From NCBI GenBank assembly GCA_964453605.1, contig CAYVOI010000001.1, positions 102,276-166,275 on the forward strand: a stretch of 64,000 bases of DNA, in the 5' to 3' direction. The notes below the pieces were generated by a model, which saw only the letters and a program-made list of their open reading frames with translations, was not told the origin of the DNA and did not search any database. Source of the DNA: an uncultured Gammaproteobacteria bacterium (GTDB taxonomy: Bacteria; Patescibacteriota; Patescibacteriia; Veblenbacterales; UBA10138). Below are positions 40,780 through 52,198 of this stretch, piece by piece (position 1 is the stretch's first letter; the number at the start of each line of letters is the position of its first letter). The position numbers were made by a program, and so were the translations under genes.

Positions 40780-41175
40780 CTAATTCATGTTTGGGGTTGT
40801 GTCGAGTTTGGCTTCTCCGCGTCGTATAAGCAGGTTCCCCACCTCGTGGTCAAACAGATAGGGTGTTTGGTAGACAACCCCCTCTCCAACACCAACCCAG
40901 CCAATATAGGCATGTTCTCCGACTTTGAATGGTCGGTTGTAAAGAGTCAAAGCGGATACTGTTCCTTGAGCGAATTTAACCCTGTAGTGAGGGCTATGGA
41001 AAGTGCTGGGCGAGTCAATGCCCACCACCAACGCTTCGGTTAATACTGCGGGGCCGTTACCATCGTAACTTTTGGGCCATGGTTTGGCTGGTCCTGGGGG
41101 GAGTAAAAAAGCAACGCCGATGACTACTAATGCTATGGAAGCAAACGTCACGCTGACTTTATGCGCCATTCTCAT
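40780..41175 (-). CDS. Hypothetical membrane-anchored protein (orphan cassette)
   Basis: GAGGT RBS, TTGACA-17-TAAAAA, N-terminal TM. Confidence 0.6.
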   Translation of the reverse strand: MRMAHKVSVTFASIALVVIGVAFLLPPGPAKPWPKSYDGNGPAVLTEALVVGIDSPSTFHSPHYRVKFAQGTVSALTLYNRPFKVGEHAYIGWVGVGEGVVYQTPYLFDHEVGNLLIRRGEAKLDTTPNMN

Positions 41176-41729
41176 ATTAATACCTCTTTGGTTTTTAGTG
41201 ATTGGTATTTGTTTAGTTTTTATATAGCTTTTTTACACCTAGAATACCCGTTTGTCAATATGCTCTGATAGGGCAATTGGGAGTACCGGCGGGTTAGCTT
41301 ATATGGTTGGAATCTTTTACTCATGCTGCCGGTGCTGGCAAGTTGACCAGTTATAGCTGAGGCTATCAGCGCTTGGTTCCAGAAGGTGCTGTAATTTTTT
41401 TCCAACCATTTACCCTTTCGCGCGAAAGGGTAAATGACTAAAGTATAAAAAATCGGCGAGGCTTACAATTTGAGCCTCACCGCGTGGTTGTTTGGAAGCG
41501 GATACTTTTCTACCAGTGCCAGTAAGCGGTGCCTATTATAATAAGTGTGCCTATGGCAACGATGATGGCAAGTACCATGCTCAGAATTTTGCTGGGGTCG
41601 GGTGACTTTTTTGTTGTGGTAAATATAGTGTGTAAGGCATTATGAACTCCTTTTTGTTTTTCTACTGCTGGACGTTAACAGGATACCGGGTGCTTGTCAA
41701 TCCTTGAGGTAGAGGTAGATAATGGTCTC

Positions 41730-43028
41730 ATGCCTCTGATGTCTAGGTTCCGCTTATGGGTCTTCTACTTTTTAGTTTTTTTCCTCCCCTGGCAAACGAG
41801 GTGGATTATTCGCGATACCTATATCCGTGGTGGTGTGTGGGAGTACGGACGGGTGAGCCTGTACGGCTGGGACGTTCTGCTTATACTGTTGGTGCTTGTA
41901 AGTTGGCCGGCTACAGCCGAGGTTATTAAAACTTGGCCTAGGCTGCCGCGTGGTCAGCGGTTGCGTGCTACAGTGTTCAGTAATCCGTTGGTACTGTACT
42001 GTGCCTTTTTGGCGTACGCTTTTTTTAGTACGCTCTGGGCGCCAGATTCAGTTCTCGTTTTGTATTGGGGTTTGCGCTTGGGCGAAGTGGGCCTACTGTG
42101 GCTGCTCATCAGAGTTCTTAAGCCAAAGCTCGCAGGCATTTGGCTCAGCTTGTGCGCCGCGGGTACGGTGCAGGCCTTGTGGGCAGTATGGCAGTTCCTC
42201 AACCAGAGTACGTTTGCTAGTAAGTGGCTTGGCGTAGCCACTCATTCTCTGAGCTCGCCAGGTACGTCAGTGGTGCTTACCTCAACCGGCCGCTGGCTCA
42301 GGGCCTACGGCGGGCAGGTGCACCCTAACGTGCTCGGCGGGTTGCTCGTTGTTACGTGCCTCGCTACGGTGTGGCTGTACCTTAGGGTCCGAGAGCGCAA
42401 CTTACGCGTAGCTCGTCTATTAACCTTGATTGCCATTGCGGTACAAGCAGCTGGTTTGTTTTTCTCATTTTCTCGTGGAGCCTGGGTCGCACTTGTTGCA
42501 GGTTTAGTTCTGTGGTGGTTACTCCATAACGCTTCCCGCCGCGCACTGTTGCTGCCTACGTTAGCTGCTCTAGGCACGCTGGTGGTTTTAGGCGCGGTCT
42601 GCTGGCAGCCCACCGCCGGCCGCCTCTTTGGCGGCAGCCGCTTGGAGCAGCAATCGCTCGATGACCGAGTGGGCGAGGCGGGGGAGAGCAAGGCGTTACT
42701 CCGTACGCACTGGTTTGCTGGGGTGGGTTTAGGTAACTACACCCGCGCGCTCTATGACGCTGAGCCCAACCGGCCAAGCTACCTCTACCAGCCCGTACAT
42801 AACCTCTTTGTGCTCGTGCTCACCGAGCTGGGAGTGGTGGGGTTAGGCTTACTGCTCTGGCTGCTGTGGGTCTACCTGAGCAGCCCTACCTTGCGCTACG
42901 ACCTTATATTCTTAACCCCCGTGCTTACCGTGGCCCTACTCGACCACTACTGGTGGACGTCCGGCTCCATGCTATTGTTAGGCAGCTTGGTGTTAAGCCT
43001 ACCAGAGCAATCCACAGCCACCCCTTGA
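41730..43028 (+). CDS. O-antigen ligase-like (Wzy_C) membrane protein
   Basis: RAYG...HPN.LG, SFSRGAW, GVG.GNY, HN. Confidence 0.85.
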   Translation: MPLMSRFRLWVFYFLVFFLPWQTRWIIRDTYIRGGVWEYGRVSLYGWDVLLILLVLVSWPATAEVIKTWPRLPRGQRLRATVFSNPLVLYCAFLAYAFFSTLWAPDSVLVLYWGLRLGEVGLLWLLIRVLKPKLAGIWLSLCAAGTVQALWAVWQFLNQSTFASKWLGVATHSLSSPGTSVVLTSTGRWLRAYGGQVHPNVLGGLLVVTCLATVWLYLRVRERNLRVARLLTLIAIAVQAAGLFFSFSRGAWVALVAGLVLWWLLHNASRRALLLPTLAALGTLVVLGAVCWQPTAGRLFGGSRLEQQSLDDRVGEAGESKALLRTHWFAGVGLGNYTRALYDAEPNRPSYLYQPVHNLFVLVLTELGVVGLGLLLWLLWVYLSSPTLRYDLIFLTPVLTVALLDHYWWTSGSMLLLGSLVLSLPEQSTATP

Positions 43029-43222
43029 CACATAGTGCTGATTGATCTATCGTTATTTGGCTGGAGTGAGGACGTAATCTTTGAAGTTCCTCCGGGTTCC
43101 AGCACCCCGCCGCCGGTCGGGTAATAAAACCGGTAAACAAAGCAACACGGAAGGCCCCGCCATTAGTGGGGTATATATAGTTAGTTAACTTAGACGCCCC
43201 TGTGTACACAGAGGCGTCTTTT
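43025..43222 (+). ncRNA. Putative sRNA unit 1 (promoter, hairpins, terminator)
   Basis: TTGACA-17-TATCGT, three hairpins, terminator agacgcc..ggcgtctttt; no credible ORF. Confidence 0.45.
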
Positions 43223-43235
43223 CCTTATCTTCGTT

Positions 43236-43375
43236 TTGACAAATAGTGCTAATTGATCTATCATTAATTTCACTGGCGAACTGGCGACCCTCCAGGACCC
43301 AATACCGGCGGGTAATAGTCGGTAGAAACAAGGTGAGGCCCCTCGACGTGGACCGAGGGGCCCGTTTATTTTCTT
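43236..43375 (+). ncRNA. Putative sRNA unit 2, paralogous to unit 1
   Basis: TTGACA-17-TATCAT (28/31 identical to unit 1), shared GGGTAATA-loop hairpin, terminator ggcccctcg..cgaggggcc. Confidence 0.45.
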
Positions 43376-43379
43376 TGTC

Positions 43380-43408
43380 TTGACACAGCTAAAGTCAGCC
43401 TTTATACT
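43380..43408 (+). promoter_or_regulatory. Sigma70 promoter of groESL
   Basis: TTGACA-17-TATACT. Confidence 0.85.
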
Positions 43409-43423
43409 GGTAATGCTGTTGAA

Positions 43424-43450
43424 TTAGCACTCTTGAAGTCAGAGTGCTAA
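43424..43450. promoter_or_regulatory. CIRCE element (HrcA operator)
   Basis: Perfect TTAGCACTC-N9-GAGTGCTAA upstream of groES. Confidence 0.97.
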
Positions 43451-43484
43451 TTCATACTCTAATCCATTTAATTTGTGGGTGTTT

Positions 43485-45433
<1,949 letters not shown>

Positions 45434-45461
45434 CCCCGGCAACCAGAGAGGTGGTACCTCT

Positions 45462-45487
45462 AACCACCCCCGTCGGGGGTGGTTTTG
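45462..45487 (+). terminator. groEL terminator
   Basis: aaccaccccc-gtc-gggggtggtttt. Confidence 0.75.
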
Positions 45488-45517
45488 TTATCGCTGGTAT
45501 CGTATACTTAAAGCGTT

Positions 45518-45961
45518 ATGGCTAAACTAACCTCCGGTGTACTTGGTCAGCCCGTTCGCTTCTACGTTGAGGCGGCGGAGCTGCCGTGGCTGCTCCTCAG
45601 CGGGGCGGTGGTAGCCGTGTACGTGCTAAGCTACTGGCTCAGCGCGCTTGACATTATAGCTCTGTCGCCGCTGGTGCTCGTGCTCCAGGTGCTGGGCGCA
45701 GCGCTGGGTGCCTACTTGGTGGGTGTTAAGCAGGGCAGTTCCTGGAGCCAAACCGTCGTAGTGTGCTGTATGGTGGGAGCAGCGGCGGGTGTAGTGTCGG
45801 CCGTGCTGGCGCTGTTTAGGTTTTGGTACCTCTGGCTGGTGTTCAACCTGGTGGTAGAGCCGGTGTGGAGTGGGGTGCTTGGCGCGGTGGTTGGTTTAGT
45901 TACCCTAGGTTTTTTCCACTTACCCGTAGTCATTAAACGTTTTCAAGCCTTTACTAGCTAA
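45518..45961 (+). CDS. Hypothetical membrane protein
   Basis: About four hydrophobic segments. Confidence 0.65.
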   Translation: MAKLTSGVLGQPVRFYVEAAELPWLLLSGAVVAVYVLSYWLSALDIIALSPLVLVLQVLGAALGAYLVGVKQGSSWSQTVVVCCMVGAAAGVVSAVLALFRFWYLWLVFNLVVEPVWSGVLGAVVGLVTLGFFHLPVVIKRFQAFTS

Positions 45962-45972
45962 CCGTACTACGT

Positions 45973-46296
45973 ATGGAGAACACTCCTTCGAGTATTAGCC
46001 AAGAAGACAAAGTTTACGCGGCGCTGTCCTACGTGTGGATTTTGGTGTTCATACCACTGTTCTTAAAGCGCCAGAGCGGGTTTGTGCAGTTCCATGTGCG
46101 CCAAGGGTTGGCGCTGCTCATAGCAGAAGTGATTCTGTGGATTATTGGCCTAGTACCTATTTTGGGTTGGCTGATAGCGTTTATTGGGCACATTGTGGTT
46201 GCTATTCTGGCAGTTCTTGGAATCGTAGCAGCGCTCGTTGGTCGTTACTGGGAAATGCCGTTCCTCAGTGAGTACGCTAAGAAGTTAAACATCTAG
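45973..46296 (+). CDS. DUF4870-like membrane protein
   Basis: AALSY, FVQFHVRQG, PILG, G.YW.MP. Confidence 0.8.
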   Translation: MENTPSSISQEDKVYAALSYVWILVFIPLFLKRQSGFVQFHVRQGLALLIAEVILWIIGLVPILGWLIAFIGHIVVAILAVLGIVAALVGRYWEMPFLSEYAKKLNI

Positions 46297-46299
46297 AGT

Positions 46300-46686
46300 A
46301 TGGAAGCACTGCCCCCTTCGCTCTACGAAGTTGAACACAACGCCACGGAGCTTCTGGAGGAGCGGGTCAGGGCTTTGCAGCAGCAATTTATTGACCGGCG
46401 GCAGGCGGCGCGTAAGGCAGACCAGGAGCGGAAAGCCTCAGGCTACAACGCGCACTACGTCGATGTGCCAGACCAAGCTATAGCGCTCATCGATCAGGCT
46501 GACCTGCGCATGCTTGAAGACATTCAGCACATCGCGAGCCCCGAGGAGCTGCAGCAGGTGAAGTCTGAGTTTGATGAATACTTTTTGCGGCTGGAACAGC
46601 CAAAGAAAATGATCGCCGTCATTCTCTACCACGAGCTGCTTCAGCAAGTAAAGTTTATGAAGAAACGAGCTAAAGCTAAGTTGTAA
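46300..46686 (+). CDS. Hypothetical protein
   Basis: Helical ORF tightly packed in the operon. Confidence 0.65.
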   Translation: MEALPPSLYEVEHNATELLEERVRALQQQFIDRRQAARKADQERKASGYNAHYVDVPDQAIALIDQADLRMLEDIQHIASPEELQQVKSEFDEYFLRLEQPKKMIAVILYHELLQQVKFMKKRAKAKL

Positions 46687-46697
46687 CTCTCTTACCC

Positions 46698-49109
46698 ATG
46701 TCAAAACCCAGTCGCACCAAAGCCTTTGTTCTACCCTTCGGAAGCCTGACCATTAAAGACGTTCCCCTGGTGGGCGGCAAAACCGCCTCTTTGGGGGAAA
46801 TGTACCAAAAGCTCACGCCGAAAGGCGTCAGGGTGCCACCCGGGTTTGCCGTTACTGCCTACGCTTATCGATATCTCTTAAAGAAGGCGGGTTTGGAAAA
46901 GGGCATTCGCAAGCTTTTGAAAGGGCTCAACACTAATAACCTGAAAGACTTGGCTGCCAGGGGGCAAGCGGTGAGGAGTTTGATTCTGCACTCCACCTTC
47001 CCACCCGAGCTGTCGCGCGCTATTATTGCTGACTACCGTAAGTTGTCTAAACAGTACCGGGTGAAGGCAGTGGATGTGGCTGTGCGCTCCTCCGCTACCG
47101 CTGAGGACCTGCCCGACGCCTCGTTCGCTGGTCAGCAGGAAAGCTACCTCAATATTGTGGGCGAAAGCGCCTTGCTCGAGGCGTGCAAAGAGTGTTTTGC
47201 CTCGCTCTTTACTGACCGCGCCATTTCCTACCGCGTAGACAAGCACTTTGACCACTTTAAAATCGGCCTCTCTATTGCTGTGCAGAAAATGGTCCGCTCA
47301 GATAAGGCTTGTTCAGGGGTCATGTTCACCATCGACACCGAGTCGGGGTTCCGGGACGTTGTACTCATTAACGGCAGTTGGGGTTTGGGCGAGTACATTG
47401 TAAAAGGCGCGGTGAACCCAGACGAGTTTGTAGTGTTTAAACCTACTTTCAAGCAGGGGTTCCCGGCTATTGTGAGCCAGCGCTTGGGGAGCAAGCAGAG
47501 AAAGTTAATTTACGCTGGTAGCGGTGTGCGGCCGACTAAAAATCAGATGGTGTCGCCCGCTGATCAAAACCGTTTTGTGCTGAAGCCTAAAGAGGTGCTG
47601 CAGCTCGCGGCGTGGGGTATGCAGATTGAAGAGCACTACCAGCGCCCCATGGATATGGAGTGGGCTAAGGACGGCAAGAGTGGCGAGCTCTATATTGTGC
47701 AAGCCAGGCCTGAGACAGTACAGAGTGGCAAGTCTAGGCAGGTGCTAGAAAAGTACCGCCTTAAAAAAACCAGCAAGGTGCTGGTCACCGGTACTGCTGT
47801 GGGCGCGAAGATTGGCCAAGGTACGGTGAATGTTATCAAAGACGTTAAAGAGATAAGCAAGTTTAAGCCCGGGAGTGTGTTGGTGACCGAAATGACTGAC
47901 CCTGACTGGGAACCAGTTATGAAGCAGGCGGCGGCCATAGTCACCAACTCTGGTGGCCGCACCTGCCACGCCGCTATTGTTTCCCGCGAGCTGGGCATTC
48001 CTTGCATTGTGGGTACCACCATAGGCACCAAAGTTTTAAAGAACGGCGACAAGGTCACGGTTTCATGCGCCGAGGGTGAGGTGGGGAAGGTGTACCAAGG
48101 TTTGCTGAAGTTTGAAGTTACTCACACCAGCCTGAAAGGCCTAAAGCGCCCCAAGACCAAGGTGATGATGAACGTAGGTGAGCCGCAGCAAGCCTTTGGC
48201 CTGTCGTTTATCCCTAATGACGGTGTGGGTTTGGCGCGTGAAGAGTTTATTATCAACGATGCCATCAAAATTCACCCGCTGGCGCTCATCCACTTCAGCA
48301 AGCTTAAGGACAAGCGCGCCAAAGCAAAAATCGCCGAGCTCACTGCCGGCTACCCTGACAAGCCCAAGTACTTTGTGGACAAACTGGCCCAGGGCATTGG
48401 TACACTCGGTGCCGCCTTTTACCCTAAAGATGTCATAGTTCGCCTGAGCGACTTCAAGAGCAACGAGTACGCAGGGCTCATTGGCGGTAAGCAGTTTGAG
48501 CCTAAGGAGGACAACCCCATGCTCGGCTGGCGTGGCGCGAGCCGCTACTACGACCCTAAGTTTGAACCCGCCTTCCGTTTAGAGTGCAAGGCGTTCAAGC
48601 AGGCGAGGGAAAAGTTCGGCCTTATCAACATCAAAGTACTGGTGCCCTTTTGCCGTACAGTGGAGGAGGGTAAGCGTGTACTCGACATTATGGCCAGCGA
48701 AGGGCTGAAGCGTGGGAAAAACGGTTTGGAGGTGTACGTGATGTGTGAAATTCCAACCAACGTCATTCTGGCAGACGAGTTTGCCAAGGAGTTCGACGGG
48801 TTCTCCATTGGCTCTAACGACCTTACCCAGCTCACCTTAGGCATAGACCGCGACTCCGGAATCTTAAAAATCGCTGGCGCTGGCAACGAGAAGAACGAAT
48901 CGGTGAAGGCGTTGGTGGCCGAGGTTATTAAGAAGGCTAAAGCGGCCAAGCGTAAGATAGGCATCTGCGGCCAAGCGCCGTCTGACTTTCCAGACTTTGC
49001 GGAGTTCTTGGTGCGCGAGGGCATAAACAGTATATCGCTTAACCCCGACACCGTGCTCCAAACTACACTCCGCATTTTGAAGACCGAGCAGCACCTAAAA
49101 CGTAAGTAG
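46698..49109 (+). CDS. ppsA: Phosphoenolpyruvate synthase
   Basis: AVRSSATAED, GGRTCHAAI, FSIGSNDLTQ, GICGQAPSD. Confidence 0.97.
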   Translation: MSKPSRTKAFVLPFGSLTIKDVPLVGGKTASLGEMYQKLTPKGVRVPPGFAVTAYAYRYLLKKAGLEKGIRKLLKGLNTNNLKDLAARGQAVRSLILHSTFPPELSRAIIADYRKLSKQYRVKAVDVAVRSSATAEDLPDASFAGQQESYLNIVGESALLEACKECFASLFTDRAISYRVDKHFDHFKIGLSIAVQKMVRSDKACSGVMFTIDTESGFRDVVLINGSWGLGEYIVKGAVNPDEFVVFKPTFKQGFPAIVSQRLGSKQRKLIYAGSGVRPTKNQMVSPADQNRFVLKPKEVLQLAAWGMQIEEHYQRPMDMEWAKDGKSGELYIVQARPETVQSGKSRQVLEKYRLKKTSKVLVTGTAVGAKIGQGTVNVIKDVKEISKFKPGSVLVTEMTDPDWEPVMKQAAAIVTNSGGRTCHAAIVSRELGIPCIVGTTIGTKVLKNGDKVTVSCAEGEVGKVYQGLLKFEVTHTSLKGLKRPKTKVMMNVGEPQQAFGLSFIPNDGVGLAREEFIINDAIKIHPLALIHFSKLKDKRAKAKIAELTAGYPDKPKYFVDKLAQGIGTLGAAFYPKDVIVRLSDFKSNEYAGLIGGKQFEPKEDNPMLGWRGASRYYDPKFEPAFRLECKAFKQAREKFGLINIKVLVPFCRTVEEGKRVLDIMASEGLKRGKNGLEVYVMCEIPTNVILADEFAKEFDGFSIGSNDLTQLTLGIDRDSGILKIAGAGNEKNESVKALVAEVIKKAKAAKRKIGICGQAPSDFPDFAEFLVREGINSISLNPDTVLQTTLRILKTEQHLKRK

Positions 49110-49117
49110 AGTACTCA

Positions 49118-49142
49118 AAGCCCCACCCTAGGTGGGGCTTTC
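49118..49142 (+). terminator. ppsA terminator
   Basis: aaagccccacc-cta-ggtggggcttt. Confidence 0.7.
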
Positions 49143-49230
49143 GTTTTAGCCCTGTTTGTGTTAATGTAAAGTACGCTCTAAATTACAAGGAGAGGTCTTG
49201 TAACAGGCTTACATATAACGTTTCCCGAGC

Positions 49231-49315
49231 GGAGGGATCGCATAGTGGTCTAGTGCGCACGCTTGGAAAGCGTGTGTACCGAAAGGTACCGAGGGTTCGA
49301 ATCCCTCTCCCTCCG
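49231..49315 (+). tRNA. tRNA-Ser (GGA), CCA not encoded
   Basis: ggaggga/tccctcc; cacgc-ttGGAaa-gcgtg; variable arm gtacc-gaaa-ggtac. Confidence 0.95.
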
Positions 49316-49392
49316 CTCGAGAAGGGTTAGAATCTTTACCCCAAAGTGAGCTATGCTCTACTTTGGGGCCTTCCTCTCCGCCATCAGTCCTT

Positions 49393-49917
49393 ATGCAAGG
49401 AAAATTAGAAGAGTACTCGTCAGAATGGTTGAAGAAATATGAGCTCGAGGCTAACAAGATACAAGCTAGTTTAGGTAGTGCTATAAAAGATATTCAGCAT
49501 ATTGGGAGTACATCTATTCCGGGCGCTATTGCTAAACCGTTAATAGACATTGGCGTGCTAGTTGATTCGATAGATGATATTGACCTGTTCGTAAATAAAC
49601 TAGAATCGCTCGGATATTCATATAAGCCAGACATGTCTTCGGTTGAGCGAATTTTCCTTCGAAAGGGTAAACCCGTTGAGTATCATTTATCCATCGCTTG
49701 TCCTAAGCATACATTTTGGAGGCGCCAAATTTCTTTTAGAGATTACCTAAGATTACGCCCGGAATTTGTTGAAGAATATAATAAGTTAAAGCTAAAAAAT
49801 TTTGATGCAACGTCGCCAGATGATTTTACAGATCTCTCAAAAAGTAAAACCTATAACCAAGGGAAGGGGGGATTCGTTGAGAAAATCTTAAAACTTGCCA
49901 AGGCAGATCGTATGTAA
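49393..49917 (+). CDS. GrpB/UPF0157 family protein
   Basis: HIGSTSIPG..AKP.IDI, FRDYLR, Y..LK; AT-rich. Confidence 0.88.
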   Translation: MQGKLEEYSSEWLKKYELEANKIQASLGSAIKDIQHIGSTSIPGAIAKPLIDIGVLVDSIDDIDLFVNKLESLGYSYKPDMSSVERIFLRKGKPVEYHLSIACPKHTFWRRQISFRDYLRLRPEFVEEYNKLKLKNFDATSPDDFTDLSKSKTYNQGKGGFVEKILKLAKADRM

Positions 49918-49972
49918 ACAAGGTCCGACTTGGCTTATCCGAGTTGTCTGAAGATGTATAGCAATAAACAAT

Positions 49973-50383
49973 ATGAAATTTTTTGAGAGAAACTTTTGGC
50001 GGGGAGAGGATGAAACCGGGGTAAGAGAATTACATCGGGATTTTAAAATTCACGACGGTTCTTGGTACCACAATCGTTATTACGACTCCTTTGTTGATAA
50101 AGGAACAGCCATGAAAATCAGGTTCTCTTTCGACGACCCGTCGCTTTTGGATAATTGCCCATTTATTGCAAAAATAGGATTGAACGGGGATTCTAATGTT
50201 GGTGGTAAGTACATAGGTTTTGCTTATGGCCGAAACACTGATCAAGAAGCATTAATGTTGTGGGCTCAAAAATTCAATTTTGCAGAGCTAATAGTCGGAC
50301 TCGATGAGAACGCTGTTTCGACTCCTGATAGTAAAGTAATTCCGATAAAACAAAAGAACGCTGAAGAAGGGAAACACCCATGA
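49973..50383 (+). CDS. AT-rich hypothetical protein
   Basis: 136-aa ORF in the low-GC islet after tRNA-Ser. Confidence 0.55.
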   Translation: MKFFERNFWRGEDETGVRELHRDFKIHDGSWYHNRYYDSFVDKGTAMKIRFSFDDPSLLDNCPFIAKIGLNGDSNVGGKYIGFAYGRNTDQEALMLWAQKFNFAELIVGLDENAVSTPDSKVIPIKQKNAEEGKHP

Positions 50384-50400
50384 TCCATGATTAAAAGCCT

Positions 50401-52182
50401 ATGTCAAATGAAGTAGACCAAATTAAGGCCCGGCTCGACGTGGTGGATGTTATAGGTGAGTATGTGAAACTGAAGCAGGCCGGCGTTAACTGGAAGGGCA
50501 TGTGCCCGTTCCACCACGAAAAGAGCCCGAGCTTCATGGTGCACCGTGAAAAGCAGATTTGGCACTGCTTTGGCTGCGGCGAGGGTGGCGATGTGTTTTC
50601 ATTTGTGCAGAAAATTGAGCACATAGAATTTCCAGAAGCACTGGAACTGTTAGCGCGTAAGGCGCACGTGGAGTTGGTACGCTCCGGCCGACCAGGCGAG
50701 TCGAACCAGCGCATGAGGTTGTTCCAGCTCGTTGACCTTGCCCGTACTTTTTTCACTGAGCAGCTGCAAAAAAATCCCGTGGCCGCCAAAGCGCGAGACT
50801 ACCTTAAACAGCGCAGTGTAACAACCGAGAGTGTTGCCACCTTCAACATTGGTTACTCCTTGCCAGAGTGGGACAAGTTTATTGTGCTGGCGCGTTCAAA
50901 GGGTTACTCAGTGGAGGAGTTGGTGGCAGCGGGGCTTGCCATAAAGAGTGACCGGGGCCCAGGAGCCTATGACCGCTTCCGCGACCGGCTTATGTTCCCC
51001 ATTTCCGACGCTCAAGGACGAAGTTTAGGTTTTGGTGGGCGCACCTTAGACGCCGAAGCGAAGGAAGCCAAGTATATTAACTCACCCCAGAGCCCCATTT
51101 ACAACAAGAGCATGGTGGTCTACAACCTGGACCGCGCCAAGCAGTTTATAAAAGACGCTGGCCATGTTGTTTTGGTGGAAGGGTACATGGACGTAGTGGG
51201 GAGCTGGCAGGCGGGAGTAAAAAATGTGGTGGCCACCTCGGGCACCGCGCTCACCTTGGACCAGCTCAAACTGTTAAAGCGCTACACTAATGAGCTCCGG
51301 CTGGCGTTTGACGCAGACTTAGCTGGCCGCTCCGCTTCGGAGCGCGGCATAGACCTAGCACTCGGGCTGGAGTTTGAGGTTAAGGTTATAGTGCTGCCCT
51401 TTGGTAAAGACCCCGACGAGTGCGCGCGCCAAGACGCGGCTGCGTACCGTAAGGCAGTTGAGCAAGCACTCCCCTTGGGTGATTACGCGTTCCAAAGTGT
51501 CGCCCGCGAAGTTGACTTTGGCACGCGTGAGGGGAAAAAGGTAGCGGCGCGCAAGCTCCTTACTGCCATAGCGAAACTGCCTGACCCGGTAGAAAGGGAC
51601 TACTACGTTAAACGGTTAGCCCAAGAGCTCTCGGTAGACGAACGTTCTCTGCGCGAGCGCCTAGCAGGTGTGGCCACGGTTCCTGTACCTACACCAGAGG
51701 CACCGTCAAGCCAAACTGCTGCCCCAAGCCCAGACCGGCACCAGGTACTTTCGCACCGGCTGCTCTCGCTGCTGCTTCACTACCCAGCTTTTTTGGCTGA
51801 GCTCAGCCCGGAACTCTTGCCCGAAGCCCTCAGTGAGGGGCACCCGCGTAACCTTTACAAGCAAATGCTCGTCTATTATAATGAGAGCCATCGTGTTGAC
51901 TTCGATGAATTAAAGGCCGAGCTGAATACTGATCAGTCGTTAGCTCATTTCTTAGATCAGGTATTCCTCGATTTTGACCAGACAGGTAGCGACTTTACAC
52001 CCGACCAAGCCAAGGGTGAGCTTGCCAGTCTGGTGCACCAGCTTAAGCACCGCTTCCTCAGCCTAGAGCTGCAGCAGCTGAGCAGCTTAATTGTAGCCGC
52101 CGAGGCGGCCGGTAGGGCCGAGGAGCTTGCTGAACTACTCCAGCGGTTTACCGAGGTTGGCCGTGCACTTGCTCGCTTGTAA
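50401..52182 (+). CDS. dnaG: DNA primase
   Basis: [11 protein letters not shown] Zn ribbon, KYINSP, EGYMD, FDAD, KDPD. Confidence 0.97.
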   Translation: MSNEVDQIKARLDVVDVIGEYVKLKQAGVNWKGMCPFHHEKSPSFMVHREKQIWHCFGCGEGGDVFSFVQKIEHIEFPEALELLARKAHVELVRSGRPGESNQRMRLFQLVDLARTFFTEQLQKNPVAAKARDYLKQRSVTTESVATFNIGYSLPEWDKFIVLARSKGYSVEELVAAGLAIKSDRGPGAYDRFRDRLMFPISDAQGRSLGFGGRTLDAEAKEAKYINSPQSPIYNKSMVVYNLDRAKQFIKDAGHVVLVEGYMDVVGSWQAGVKNVVATSGTALTLDQLKLLKRYTNELRLAFDADLAGRSASERGIDLALGLEFEVKVIVLPFGKDPDECARQDAAAYRKAVEQALPLGDYAFQSVAREVDFGTREGKKVAARKLLTAIAKLPDPVERDYYVKRLAQELSVDERSLRERLAGVATVPVPTPEAPSSQTAAPSPDRHQVLSHRLLSLLLHYPAFLAELSPELLPEALSEGHPRNLYKQMLVYYNESHRVDFDELKAELNTDQSLAHFLDQVFLDFDQTGSDFTPDQAKGELASLVHQLKHRFLSLELQQLSSLIVAAEAAGRAEELAELLQRFTEVGRALARL

Positions 52183-52198
52183 GTTGATTTTCTCAACC

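Noticed and set aside
43271-43295. actggcgaa resembling the start of a ZTP riboswitch
   Set aside because: Lacks the 3' CGCCTGGG hairpin and is not upstream of a purine or folate gene.
49209-49457. 82-aa minus-strand ORF
   Set aside because: Antisense shadow of tRNA-Ser.
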